Source: Podarcis melisellensis
Lineage: Eukaryota
DNA: 64,000 bases
Assembly (NCBI GenBank): GCA_964234715.1
Contig: OZ174276.1
Strand: one strand, 5' to 3'
This document shows positions 1-12,861 of this stretch, piece after piece. Position 1 is the stretch's first letter; every line of letters begins with the position of its first letter. A model generated the notes under the pieces. The model had not been told where the DNA came from, made no database searches, and worked only from the letters and a program-made list of their open reading frames with translations. The translations under genes were made by a program, and so were the position numbers.

Positions 1-394
1 CAACTTATTTCCAGGAAATGAGAAACACAACATCAGACAAGCTATGCTCTTTATTCCACAACTTCTGTTGATGAAACAGTATAAGCTAGTTTGAATGACG
101 GTCAAAAGCTTTCCTGGTTCCATGAACAGAATTTAGTCCAATATGCACCAAGGCATTGGCACTCTATCTAATTTATGTTTCTCATTTTGAAGTATTTTCA
201 GTTCCAAACATCCCCATTACATATTCATCACTGCCAAACTCTAAAGACAGTTACTGGACTGAAGGAGCACAGTATGCAAAAGACATGCGGCACACCTATA
301 GGACCATCAGTACCACATTGAGCAGAAGCCTTTCAAGAACCTCCTCTCTTTGTGGATAAAGAGGGACTCTAAATAGAAAGACCATTGGTCGTAC

Positions 395-511
395 CTGCAA
401 TGCTAGGTGCGGATGCAATGCTGCTGAAAGAGCTACTGTAGCCGGAGGCACTAAGTGGCCAGGCACTCGATGAAGGCAGCGTGGCATTCTGAGATGATGT
501 TGGGGATGACC
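395..511 (-). CDS. TNRC6C: TNRC6C 117-nt symmetric cassette exon (GSSPTSSQNATLPSSSAWPLSASGYSSSFSSIASAPSIA)
   Basis: Acceptor TTGCTGGTTCTGCAG|GG, donor CAG|GTACGA, phase 1-1; resembles the extra segment of the longer human TNRC6C isoform (from memory). Confidence 0.88.
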
Positions 512-3500
512 CTGCAGAACCAGCAAAGAAGCAACTAAGAAAGATGGGCAGAATGGTGTCTACTGTAGCATATGCAATTCTAACACCGTCATGTGCAAAC
601 AGAAACCATGCAAGGTAAGATGCTAACCCAGCCTTGCCTTTGAAGTCTAGGAATGAAATGTTATAGGAAGCATGATCCGATGCAGCAGAACTAAGTACAA
701 AAAAGGGTGGCACAGTGACAAGGGTAGTTGTGCCCATGCAGAAGGATACATTCTAACTCTCCTTAAACTGTTATTTCCAAGAAGGTGACATTCATTGCCA
801 CCGTATCCAGGATACATGAATCGTAGATGAAAAATGTTTATGAAAATGCAGCTATATCAGTTGTGGTGACCCATGTGTCAGAAAGTTAAAAGCATCGTTC
901 TGTGCTAGGCAGGTCAGACAGATGTGCTCATCTCGGCCCCACTTGCCTTCGAGAATCCCTGCAACTGTTGCCAGCCAATCCCACCCCCTCCAGCTTTGTG
1001 GCATAGGATGTTCCCACAAGCCGCAGCAAAATAAGTCACATCACAGGCCAAGGCCAGAGCTGCAGGACCAAATGCCTCCACAGATCTGCCCTGGGAGCCG
1101 AGTGTCAGGTCTAGTGCTCTGCAGCCACTGTGCAACTGCCACATTCAGGCTGTTGAAAACCAATAGGGTGGTCAAGTTGCTAGAAGCCACCTGGAATTAT
1201 AAATACTGTTGTAATGCTTCTTAGACAGAGGCACACAAATTACTTTAGAAGTTATTTATATAGTCAGAAAGGCTAAACATGACTTACACACATGGCATCT
1301 TGTTGGTATGGGTAACTTATATATGAAGGAAGAATCTCAAGGGGGAAAGCCCAAATAATCGAATCCAATCTAACATTAGCATTACTATACAAGTGGACAA
1401 CAACTCTATTCTAATAAATTAAGGGACCATCCAAGTTTTCAGATGTGGTGGAGCAAACATCAGCCATTCATCTTAAAGGCTTAAGGATCCCATGTTGAAC
1501 TCATCTATGGTAGATTGTGTTGTGTGAATATATCCTCTGCTTGAGATACCTTGCTATATTGTTGTGAAAACTAGATGTATATGTGAATGGTTTTTTAAAT
1601 AGGAGAATCACTCTTCAGTAACTGGTTGCTGCAGTACGTCTTGCTCTTGCATCCAGCATTTTCAGTAATAACACAGGGCCGATCCATATGCTGTGCGGCT
1701 GCAGCACCCACATTCAGAGGACTCTAATAGGGCTCCCTGGTTTTTATTTCTCTGCCTGCTCAAACACTGAAAAATATGCAGGCACTGTGATGGGACATCT
1801 GTGCATGCCTCACATATCCAGCCCCTTCTCTCCATGCCTTGCAAGTTACTTGTGGTCATAGTGTAAGTATCTTGTATTGGACTGGACTGGCATGCATGAG
1901 ATGTACAGAGATGCTCCTTTCTGTCTAACATCCTATCACAACCACCTGCATGCATGTCTGTGAGGCTTGGGGGGGGGCAGAGGGGAAGCAGATCTCTTCC
2001 GAGCCTAGTTGAGCTTTTTGCCTACATTTACTACCCCTACAAGAAGATAATGTCCAATATATATAAATTCAGAAAATGGAAAGTTGATGTTATTTTCTGA
2101 GTCTCGAAAAAGGTTGGCCGTTATCTTGTACAAGTATTTCATAACAAGATAACTATACATACTAAAACCAATTGTAACACAAAGTTGTGTGATAACTTCT
2201 GCTCCAGGATCAATGCTCCAGTGAAAAACCAACAGTAAAGAAACTGCATGATGCTACATAATATTTTGCGTATCCCACACTCATGTGGACTGCATCATCC
2301 CAGACTATGAGGAAGTCAGTTGAGCAGTCAGTGAGTGTTGCATGAAACCAGTGCTTTAGTTCCCATGAGCATATATATACTTGAATGGCTCCCATGCTTC
2401 CAGGAAATCAGCAAATCAACCTGATTATATGTTCTCCATATATGGTGGTGATCCTGCCTTAGCACATTTTCTATGGAAAATTATGAAAGGAAAATATTAC
2501 TAAAATTTCTTTAAAAGTCTTGGAAGCAGAATGCTTACAGACATTGAGGCAACAAATGTAAGAAGATTTTAAGTGGTATATACCTAAATTTTACTCAGAG
2601 TAGACCCATTTCACTTAGACCTAACTTAGTCATGTTCATTGATTTCAGTGGGTCTGCCATGAGTAAACTTAGCTGAACACAACCCTATGGCTCAGCTCAC
2701 ATGAATGAACCTCACACGCTTGTGCATTCATTCATTCATTCCCTCATGTATTCTGATTTCTTCCCATACTTCCAAGTTCTCAGCAAAGCATAGTTTGCCA
2801 TTTCAGCATGGTTTGCCTCCAAACCAGAACTAGAAACCAAGATCAAATGATGGTTTCTAGTTCTGTGTTTGCTAAGAACCAGGAAGTGTGGGAAAGAACT
2901 GAAACATCTGAGGAAAGGAAATAATAAGTCAGCCTGAGGCTCATTCATTTAATGAAAAAGCATGGTTTGGCATTACAGCTGAAGTAAGTCAAAGTTGCAG
3001 CAATGCAGATACTGTGGTAAAAATACACCAGTGAAAGAGTAAAAGCCTGAGAAGAGAGATCTTGCACTGAAGACACTGGGTAGGTTCAGAGTAACTAAAG
3101 CATAATTTAGCAATTGAGAACAAGCCCAATCATTTTGTGGGCTTGCATTCTATCCACCTCTCTTCCAACATGGCCGTGAGGAGGAATTACCATGTCCAAA
3201 CCAGTGCATCTTAACTATGGTTAGTGACAATAAGCCAACTTTGAACCATAATTTATGAAGCTGGCCTATTTTCACTAACCATAGTTAAGTCTAACCACAG
3301 TCTAGTTTTCAAATGATCTCCTTGTGCTTGCATCACAGGGGGAAGAGGGTGAGCCCAAGCCCAAGGGGAATTGAGGCACATTTTAATAACATTTTACTGT
3401 GGTTTAACATTATGTCCAAACACAGACAATCTATTTTGGTGTGAAGATTGCAGGTATGATGCCCTCTATCCTCATATACAATGAGAGAAAATGAACTGGA

Positions 3501-6500
3501 AAAGGTGTGAATCTAAGAACGGTGACCTAGATTTGATGCAGGTAAAGTGGAACTGTCAATGATCATGACAAAAAGGCATGACAGAACATTCAATCTGCAT
3601 TGAGGGCAAATAGCTGTAATACAGAAACAGCTGTGGGTGAAGATTTGTCTGCAACCTCTAGCAGAAGGCACAGTCATTAATGACTGTAAGAAGACATCTC
3701 TGGCAATGCATTCACAGCTGTGCTCATGCCAGCTGCTGAAAGAACAACACTCAATACTGAATGTACAGGGTATTTTTGTATTACTAACAGAGAACCTGAA
3801 CATCCAGGCAGCATGTATAAGATAGATAAATTTATGGTAGTAAGTATGCATACAAAGATGTGCTGATAAATAGGCATCAGGGTGCCTCAGCTAGTAGCAA
3901 AGTCACAGGAATTATGTCAACCATACTAAAATTAACTTTGCATTAAAAAAATGCAGATAATTTTTCATTGTGCAATATAATAACCAAGAAGCAACACATA
4001 AACAAAACAAGTTTCCATGATTCTATATGTGCATTCTGATGCTGAGCCCTGAGAGTCTTAGGAATGCTTCAAATGTTAGAAAAATCTTGTCATCTGCAAA
4101 AGGCTTCACTGTTCACAGTATGTGCAGTAAAAATATATCCTGCTCTTTTCACCACCTTGGTTTCCCCATCCAGAACAATCTACTCTCCTTCTATTACCCA
4201 CACTTTTCCTTTCAAAAGATTGGTCGGAGACAATTCAGTTGGTAAATCCACTTTAAACTATGGGTCAAATGATGTTTGGAGGTTAGTACTAATTTGCCTA
4301 ATTTTGATGGCAAACTGTGGTTAGAGGAAGCTCTAAAACAGAAAAGGGAATCACAACTCTTTTGGGGTGGGGTGGTGAAGGATTGGAATGTGATTTCTGA
4401 ACCATGAACCTGGCCACTTCATTATTGAGGAGTCCACATGTATAAATGTTCACAGAATTATACAAAATAAATATTTTCCGTAAGTTTTTCTGGTTTCCAT
4501 AATATTTTACAACATCAATTTCTACTTTACAGTATGAAAACAGCTTTGCCTATGGGATGAATAGCTTCTGCATTAGAACAGGGCTGTACAACTTCTAATC
4601 ATAGTTTGGAGTTCAGTCAAACTGAGGGCTAATTTTATATTTTTACTAATGCAAGAGTACTACATCATATGGTTAATAACTGAAACTCATTTTTCTTGAA
4701 AATTTTAATGCTGCATTTTCTTTAACCCATTCTTTGTTAACCACTTTTCTTTCTATACTGGGAAACAGCCTACTTTATTCTTTCTTCGAATCCTGTATTT
4801 TTCTGCTTCTCTATCCATAGGTGTTTCCGCCATCACTCCCCTATTTTTTTCTATGCTTCCTATAGCACTCTTCTTCCCCCTGTACAGATCTCTTAGTATC
4901 CAAATTTCCATTTTTTCTCTACAACTTATGATTCCTCTCCCCCACTCCACAAGTCTACACTCTCATTACCATCTCTCCCCCCTCATTTCCACCTCTGCCT
5001 TGTGGAGTTTGGTCCCTCAACCAAAGTAATGCTCAGCAGTGAAATAATCTCAGAATCAAATTAGATGTTTCTAGGTTGTTGTTGTGTTGTTGTTTTTAAC
5101 AGTTTAAGAGCGGGTCCAGGGTGTTTATCTGTCATGAATCCAATTAGGATGCTGGTACTGGGGAAAAGCAAGGAGCTAACACCTAATGAAAACTGCCCCT
5201 CACTCATCCACTGAAGCTGCTATTTGCAGCCATATAGTACCTGTATGTCTTCATGATGATAGAAACAGAATCTTGGAAATGAGTTATAATTGTGAAAATG
5301 GTGGAAGGAAAAGGAAACCCCTTTCCTTTCTGCCAGGAAATGATAGAAACTGCATACCAGCACCTCAGCTCAGTTATTTCCACTGCACACTCCACAGTTG
5401 CCATTAAACTGTTAAAAAGGAGCTAATCATAGATCACAGAATGCAAAAGGGTCATTCAGTGCAGCTGGGTGGGTGAATAAGCGGCAAAAATCTGGCACCA
5501 CTTCTATCCTGGAATCTAGGGAGAAAAGGGCCAAGGCAAATGTAGTTGTGCATGCATCCTTTCAACCCCCCCCCCCCCCATCTTTGATGGGTTTTCAAGG
5601 CTCCCACAAATATGAGGCAAAGGACCACAAATAATGGCTATTTTGAATTCCCTTAAATTCCAAAGGGATGCCACCAGGCAGGAAAGGGAGATACACTAAG
5701 TTCACTGGCCTTATGATTTACAGCCTGGGTTGAGAAGAATGGTATTACAGCACATGTAGGAAACAAAAGGCAGAGAGCTTTGTACATACATGCAGATGTC
5801 TACTACTGACTGTAATCTCTTATTCTTATGTGTCTAACTTCTATGTAAAATGTACATAGGTGGCGTAACAGAGACAAACAATTATTTTTTCCAGCCGATA
5901 AATCCAAGAACATAGCTGAAAAATACATCCAAACGTACAGAACTTCTAAGGACAAAACTGATTCATAGTGATCCTTGAAGATAGTGAGTGAAGCAGCTCA
6001 ATCTATAACTGGGAGGCCTGTTAAATGTAAATTACCAACACAACTATACTCCAGTTAGTATTGTTGCTACTGGACTTCCACCGGGCAGTGCAAGTCACTT
6101 CAATATAAGCTAGGCATCTTCAGATGCAGCGCTTGTTTCTGCTACTTTAGAATCCAGTTAGTACAGTCAATAGCCTGGTGTTTGAGGAAGCTCAGATAAA
6201 GATGTTACAAAGAACATTCACTCTATTTTTATTTTTCTGGGTTTAGTGATGGGTCAGCCCATTTTCTCATCACAAATGACACCCCATATGAGATTTAGGA
6301 TATTCACTTTCTTGTTAACAGGACAGCTGATTGTAACTGGGTTATGACTTCACAGCTGTAATGTACAGGAAAAGGAAATCTTTACTGAAGCTCAAGAGTG
6401 ACATAGCAACTTCTGATGAACATGGAAGACTTGTCCACTAAACTAAAACGTGTACAGGCTTAAAATTTCAAAGATGATGATGAAATCTTCAAATGATACC

Positions 6501-7052
6501 CTTACAGGTCAAAGTCAAAATAAATCAAAACCCAAGGCAGATGTTCAAGCAGAAACGGCTATTATGAAATACAGTAGATATTCAGGCACAGTTTTGAGTT
6601 GCATGAGTGTAAGGACCAAAACTAGACATGACATTTAGTGATGTGCATCTTTCTCTATTTGCCTTAAAAATAAGATAAAATTCAGCACTAGGAGGTTGTG
6701 AATTGAAAGCAGAGAGGAAGGGGCGGCTTAGTCATTCCCCTGTCTGGCTCAGCCTTTCCCACAAGCTGAAAGAACAGTTGGAAGGGAGTGATTTTTTTGG
6801 TGGGAAAGCAGCCAGCAGAGAAGGTTTACATAGGGCTGTTCTCTGCTATTCTGCTGGTTAAACTTGTAGCCACCCAAGGCTGTTTATAGCTTAAAAACTA
6901 AATGCTTAGGGAACAAATACAAATGCAAATTATGTCAATTCTATTCATGAGTACAGATGGCTTTCAGACTTGGGTATTCTATAAAAACACAGAAGTTGAA
7001 GAGAAAGGAAGGGAAACAATAAAGGCAACATGACACATGGATATTACTCTAC

Positions 7053-7196
7053 CTCCACTCTTGAGTAGATAGCGATTAACATCTTGTATGGTGGTGTTAA
7101 TAGTTGGCCCTGTTGGAACACTTCCAGGTGTAACGTCAGGATCATTCTCAGGGTCAATGTTCTGCAATCCTTTCCATGGTACCCCAGGATGAAATT
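7053..7196 (-). CDS. TNRC6C: TNRC6C PAM2 exon ([28 protein letters not shown]...YLLKSG), 144 nt
   Basis: Acceptor CCCCAAACAG|AA, donor GAG|GTAGAG; PAM2 (PABPC-binding) motif of GW182 proteins. Confidence 0.96.
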
Positions 7197-7622
7197 CTGT
7201 TTGGGGGGAAATAAGATGACATCACATTTCTTACCAAGAGCCACATGCGTGGGAAAAGGTACCGTTGCACAGAATATGAAACCAGGTACACAACTCTCTG
7301 GTGATGGGGTGGGCATTTTGATAAAAAGTTTAAGAAAAACATTTTATAAGGGAGGTTTGGATTGATGGATTTTGTTGTCCAAATTCAGTGCTAGTATCAG
7401 TTCACACCAGGATAAAACATTTTATGTGCCTGCATGCCTTGTCCAACAATAGCGTGGCAAAATGTTCCTCATACTTTCATCTTGCAGAAGACTGCAGCTG
7501 GAATGAGCTGAACTAGTATGTTAACATTTGGATACTGAAAGCATTGCCTCAGTAAAGGGGTTTGTATCACATTTCAGATACCTTCAAGCTCTAAAAGCTA
7601 GAATACACATTTTTTTTGTTAC

Positions 7623-7814
7623 CTGGTGGCCAGTTGATACTGGAGCCATTGGAGATTTTATCACTATCAGATTTGGCACGTGACCAGCTGTGAGGAACGG
7701 CTACAGGAGGACTAGCTGGTGACTCGTTGTTTTGAATCAGATCATACCGGCCATAAGAGTCATCAATGGAGGACTTTCCTGGAGGACCAATACTCAGACC
7801 TCCAGGGATAGCAC
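7623..7814 (-). CDS. TNRC6C: TNRC6C exon (GAIPGGLSIGPPGKSS...NGSSINWPP), 192 nt
   Basis: Acceptor TTTGTTCTAG|GT, donor CAG|GTAACA, phase 1-1. Confidence 0.95.
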
Positions 7815-8982
7815 CTAGAACAAAGAAGGTGGGAAGACAGCACAAGATTATTAAGAGCATGGTTAACATTTGACTCCTTCTCTTATTGGTAGTCACTATA
7901 ATTTTTCTTTCTTTGTTTCAACAGAAATTAGCAAAGCAAAGTATCATTCACACAACACATCTATAGCACTGGCCAGTTAAGTGAAAGTTAGCAGGTTAAA
8001 CTTGGGGCTGAAAAGTAGTTAACACAGTTCAAAAGTTATCTATCAAAGATTTGTGAGATTAAAGCTGCTACTGGGTCTAAATCAGAACAAATCTGCATGG
8101 GACTGACTTGCTACTGATAAAACTGTCAAGTAAAGTTAAAACAAAAGGACTCTAATGAAAAATGTAAGATACACAACATGGTATTTTGCTGAGTGTCAGC
8201 AAAAGCACTTTGCTATATGGATCAGTAGATTAAGATCCTTAAAAATCTTATCAATATACTCACAAAATATAAATGTTTTTAAAGAGCACAGTACAGTATT
8301 AGCTGTGAGTTTAGAAAATGGGAGTTTCAGACAAGAGCAGGGAGCTAAAATAGGTTTCTCTCAGTATTGGGCTAAAATGTATGACACTAAGGGCAATACT
8401 GAATTTTCACTTCTGCTCTGCATACAGTTGTTGTAGTCTGCATTCAATTTACATTAATGTGATGAATTCCAAACATAGTTGGTAGGTATTTTGCACTCTC
8501 TTTGGGGTGTGTTTTTTTGGAAACTGCTCACCTAAGTGAACCTCCGCCCCTGCCAACTTCTCTTAACATCTCATAAAGTTTAAGATTTAAGGATTCATGA
8601 GAAAAATATAACACATGTGTAATTTAATTTTCTAACTGTGCATTCTATGCTTACCTGCTTGGAGATTAAATATGATGGAGTTCAGTGGGGCATACTTCCC
8701 AGTAAATTGATATAAGACTATCCTAAGCCACTCAAAAGTCGAGATGCTTGATGTTCTGGACTTTTCAAACTGATTTTCCTTTCTTGGTTTTTAGGCCATT
8801 AACATTTATTATGACCAATAATATGAGCAATGAAATCAGTATGAGCAGTAATATGTGTGTGGGGGTGTGGTGGGAATTACAAGAATAAGATATTTGCACA
8901 TACAAATGTTCCATTGAGAAATTTATATTCTGTTAAGTACTTTGCAATGCCCATTGCTAACCTGGGGTGGGGGAAAAGAATA

Positions 8983-9208
8983 CAGTGGTATCTCGGGTTA
9001 CATATGCTTAAGGTTACAGACTCCGCTAACCCAGAAATAGTACCTCGGGTTAAGAACTTTGCTTCGGGATGAGAACAGAAATTGTGCTCTGGCGGCGCAG
9101 CAGCAGTGGGAGGCCCAATTAGCTAAAGTGGTGCATCAGGTTAAGAACAGTTTCAGGTTAAGAACGGACCTCCGGAACAAAGTAAGTACTTAACCCGAGG
9201 TACCACTG
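8983..9208. mobile_element. Non-autonomous Tc1/mariner (Tigger-like) MITE
   Basis: TIRs CAGTGGTATCTCGGGTTA / TAACCCGAGGTACCACTG, TA on both sides, no coding capacity. Confidence 0.9.
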
Positions 9209-9268
9209 TATCGGAAAAACGTGCAATCTTGCAATTGGACTTGATGTATTTAGAATGATGACACATAC

Positions 9269-9436
9269 CGTGCTTGCTAGGATTCTGGTCAAGTGGAGAA
9301 GCAGCACTGGAGAGATTATCCATTGAGTTGGGATGTGTCCACTGAGGAAGGCGAGATTGGGACTGAGAAGTGTCCTTCACTGACAAACCACCAGGAATGT
9401 CCATGCTGTTTACATTCATGTTTGGGTTCAGTCCAG
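9269..9436 (-). CDS. TNRC6C: TNRC6C exon (AGLNPNMNVNSMD...QSRLPQWT...NPSKH), 168 nt
   Basis: Acceptor TTCCTCTTAG|CT, donor ACG|GTATGT; the QSRLPQW motif corresponds to the CIM-1 region of the silencing domain. Confidence 0.94.
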
Positions 9437-10217
9437 CTAAGAGGAAGTAGACAGGCTATTAAGAAACCCTTAATCCCCGATTCTTGGCATTTAATCACAC
9501 TTTACTTTAAGCTGAAGTCACAAGCTAATCTTTTTACGTCTACAAGTAATGCAAACATGGGTTAAAGCAGCAAGGGCCCAAGAAGTAAATTGGGAGGGAC
9601 AGTATATTACAACCACCAAGTATCTTACAACCACCTAAACTGGTACCTACCACTACATTTTCTGTAAGTTAATTTAAGACTTAAGTTATTTTGTTCTGTC
9701 AGTCCTAAACCTTCTACCATTCAGACTCATTCAGGGATCCTGGATTCTAATATTATACAAGATAAAAAGAGTATAAGTGCTGCCTAAGTTTTGTTATACT
9801 GATTTTATTCTCTGCTTCTGAAGTTTTTAACACTGTGCCATTTTTTGATGTTGTTTGTTGGTTTCTATTTCCCTCACTGAGCAGCAAATGCAGTCACGGG
9901 ACATTGTTTTGCATTCCACAGTCAGCGTTACTGTTGGGTTCCCACGGGAATGGGAGACTGGATGTGACGTACACTGGTTTCCTGAGATGGTAGCAGAGGA
10001 TGGTTTCAATCCATTTCGATTAGCTGCCAGAGAACTTTGTTTTTGGGTAGCATATTAATAAAGATAATAAATAATTTGGACACAGTTGCCAAATTAGTTA
10101 AGAAGCAGAGGTATGCAGGAGAAAACATTCCAGACTAAAACAAGTTAAATCACTGTATGTATACATAATTAGGTAATTTACATCCTTCTGAATAGGTCCT
10201 TAAATAACTGCACATAC

Positions 10218-10449
10218 CAAGGGGGTAAGGAGCAAAGGTGTTCGGTGAAGACTGTTGCTCTTTGGTCTGCAGGTCAGATAGGCCAGGAGCCTGGGGATGG
10301 GGTGAAAAGTTATCCATGGCTGATTTGCCTGCAGGGGGGTGCAAAGATAGATGTGGAGGGGGTGGCTGCTGCTTCATAAGCAGGGCCTGGGCCAGCTGGC
10401 GCTGGTGCTGCTGGATCTGCTGCTGCATGTTATTGATTGTACGTGCAAC
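10218..10449 (-). CDS. TNRC6C: TNRC6C Q/P-rich exon (VARTINNMQQQIQQ...FAPYPL), 232 nt
   Basis: Acceptor TGCTGCCAG|GT, donor TTG|GTATGT, phase 0-1. Confidence 0.94.
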
Positions 10450-10737
10450 CTGGCAGCAAGGAAAAAATAAAACAAAGTAAGCAAATGCTAGATGGAACAA
10501 AGGTTTGTGGCACTTTTTCTAGAACCACTCAGCAGACAATAAATTCAATAGATTTAAGAATTAGATGCATCCCAGATATGGTAAGAGAAACTGAAGTCTG
10601 TCAGCCCCGTTTGTGATTTATGTCTGCATAAAAGCGTACAGCACAGTAGATTTCCTTCACAAATAAGCTTTTTCTTGTAACATGCTAGATTCGTTAGAGG
10701 CTTTACATTTGGAACTGGGTCAACAAGTTGCACCTAC

Positions 10738-10821
10738 TTGCTGCTCCTGTTGTCTGATGGGTCCGGAAACATTACGCTGAGCCTGTAACATCTGCTGCTG
10801 GATTTGTAAACGTTGGTACGC
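10738..10821 (-). CDS. TNRC6C: TNRC6C Q-rich exon (AYQRLQIQQQMLQAQRNVSGPIRQQEQQ), 84 nt
   Basis: Read manually; acceptor CCCTCAACTTGCAG|GC, donor CAA|GTAGGT, phase 0-0. Confidence 0.94.
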
Positions 10822-11756
10822 CTGCAAGTTGAGGGAAAAAAAGAAGTCTAAGGTCACAGTGTGAAGAAGCCCAATGGTCTCACTGCAACTACATTAAATA
10901 ACATATGAAACAAATGCATGCTCCCAAAGACCTCCTTGCAGGAAGTAACAGACCCAGAGACAGAAGTCAGCTCAGACCAAGAGTGCAAACAATACATGGC
11001 CAATTAAAGCTATTTAAAACATGACGAGGAAAAGGCATCATCAACTGAATGATTGTTCAAGAAAATGTAAACACAGAGATGCAAATAGAGTGTTGGTAGC
11101 ATGTGAGAGAACTAATCACAAACGCCCAGGGTAGACAAAACATTTAATCAGGGTTCGTGCTAATTCTGCTCTCTTAACCCTGGTTTAGGACTCAAGTTAA
11201 CAGGAACACTGTGTGCAGAGGTTGCCCACAAGGTGCTTCTTAAAGGTCTTAATAAATATCCCCTTTAAAAACCCCTCATACTTTTTGCCTTTCTTGTTCA
11301 ATTCTGTCGCCACGACTCCACCTCTCCTACACTAAGCAGGCCCCCTTAAACATGCCCACATCTCACTGGGTGCCAAGTTGCTCTCTGTGAGCAAGTGTAG
11401 TGGTGGCTGGTGTATTTACTTTCCCCCCTTTGATGGGGTGGCTACTGGGAGAGGGGCATGCCACACCATTCTGTGTTGCTGTCTCTTTTTCCTTGGTAGC
11501 AAGGTATGTCATGCCCCCACTCCCACAGTTATTGGTATTATGCTACATCTCCACAGCAGCCATTTTGTGTTCAGGCCTGTCCTCCTGGCAGCCATTTTGT
11601 GACTGACATCCCTAGCACTTCCTAAAAATTCCAAGTGTGTCTACTTGCCCCCAAAAGATTAGAGAACCTTTAGCTTGTCAAACTAAGCCCTGGAGCACAC
11701 ATACATTGAGATGATACCAGTGGAATTCATATGTTGCTTACCTGAAACCCTCTATA

Positions 11757-12016
11757 CAGTCATACCTCATATTATGTCTGCTTCATGTTACATTCTTTCA
11801 GGTTACATCCCGTGGCAACCCGGAAGTACCGGAAAGGGTTATTTCCAGGTTTCACCGTTCGTGCATGTGCAGAAGTGCAAAATGATGTCACGCGCATGCG
11901 CAGAAGCGACAAATTGCAACCTGCGCATGCGCAGATGCGCCACTGTGGGTTGTACACTTTTCATGTTGCAAACGGGCCTCTGGAACGGATCCCGTTCGCA
12001 GCCAGAGGTACCACTG
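11757..12016. mobile_element. Non-autonomous Tc1/mariner MITE, related subfamily with CpG-rich core
   Basis: TA|CAGTCATACCTC ... GAGGTACCACTG|TA; right end similar to the 8983 and 15267 elements. Confidence 0.82.
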
Positions 12017-12713
12017 TACTATGGTTCAAATCATACATTCACACCTGGTCTCTGGCTAGCGCTTAAGCTTATTTAAGGTATTTATACCACTGTTGTTATA
12101 TCTGTACATACTCCTGTATGCTCACAAAACTGAAATAAAAAGAAGTTCTATATTTATAACATGGGGCAATTTTCTCAAAACCTAAGATTAGTTGTTGCCA
12201 TTGGGTACATTGAATTCTACACTGGTATCTGGAAGACTGGGTCCTAGAAAGATTTGGTTTGCAATAACTTTGAAAGGTTTGCAATAAAATATATGCATAT
12301 TAAGGGCATGACTGATTGCACAAATGAATGGAAATAATGCTCCATTGCATCTACTGGTGAAGAAGTATTGCAGAACATCAATTTTATTAGATTAGCATAC
12401 AATGCAAAAACAACAACACAGGAATCTATCAGAAATATTGTAGAATTCTGAGTAATACTAGTGGTACCAGAGGTTGTTTTTGAGGTTACAGTATACATGT
12501 GTTTCAAAAGTTAAATTTAGAACAATCCAATGGTAATGAGCAAAGAATTTAGTCTTTATCATATTGGAAGTATCAAGCAACTTTTAAGTTTCAAGTAGGT
12601 ATATAAATTCATTTTCAGAACCAAGTCTAATCATCATTTCTGAAGTGAACATGCCTATCCATGTGACTTTAAATGCAAGATTTTCTTTCTGGATTTATAG
12701 CTTTCTCACTGTG

Positions 12714-12861
12714 NNNNNNNNNNNNNNNNNNNNNNNNNNNNNNNNNNNNNNNNNNNNNNNNNNNNNNNNNNNNNNNNNNNNNNNNNNNNNNNNNNNNNNN
12801 NNNNNNNNNNNNNNNNNNNNNNNNNNNNNNNNNNNNNNNNNNNNNNNNNNNNNNNNNNNNN
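12714..12861. other. Assembly gap or masked run (148 N), probably hiding a ~120-nt TNRC6C exon
   Basis: The N run is directly visible; the hidden exon is inferred (see findings). Confidence 0.85.
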
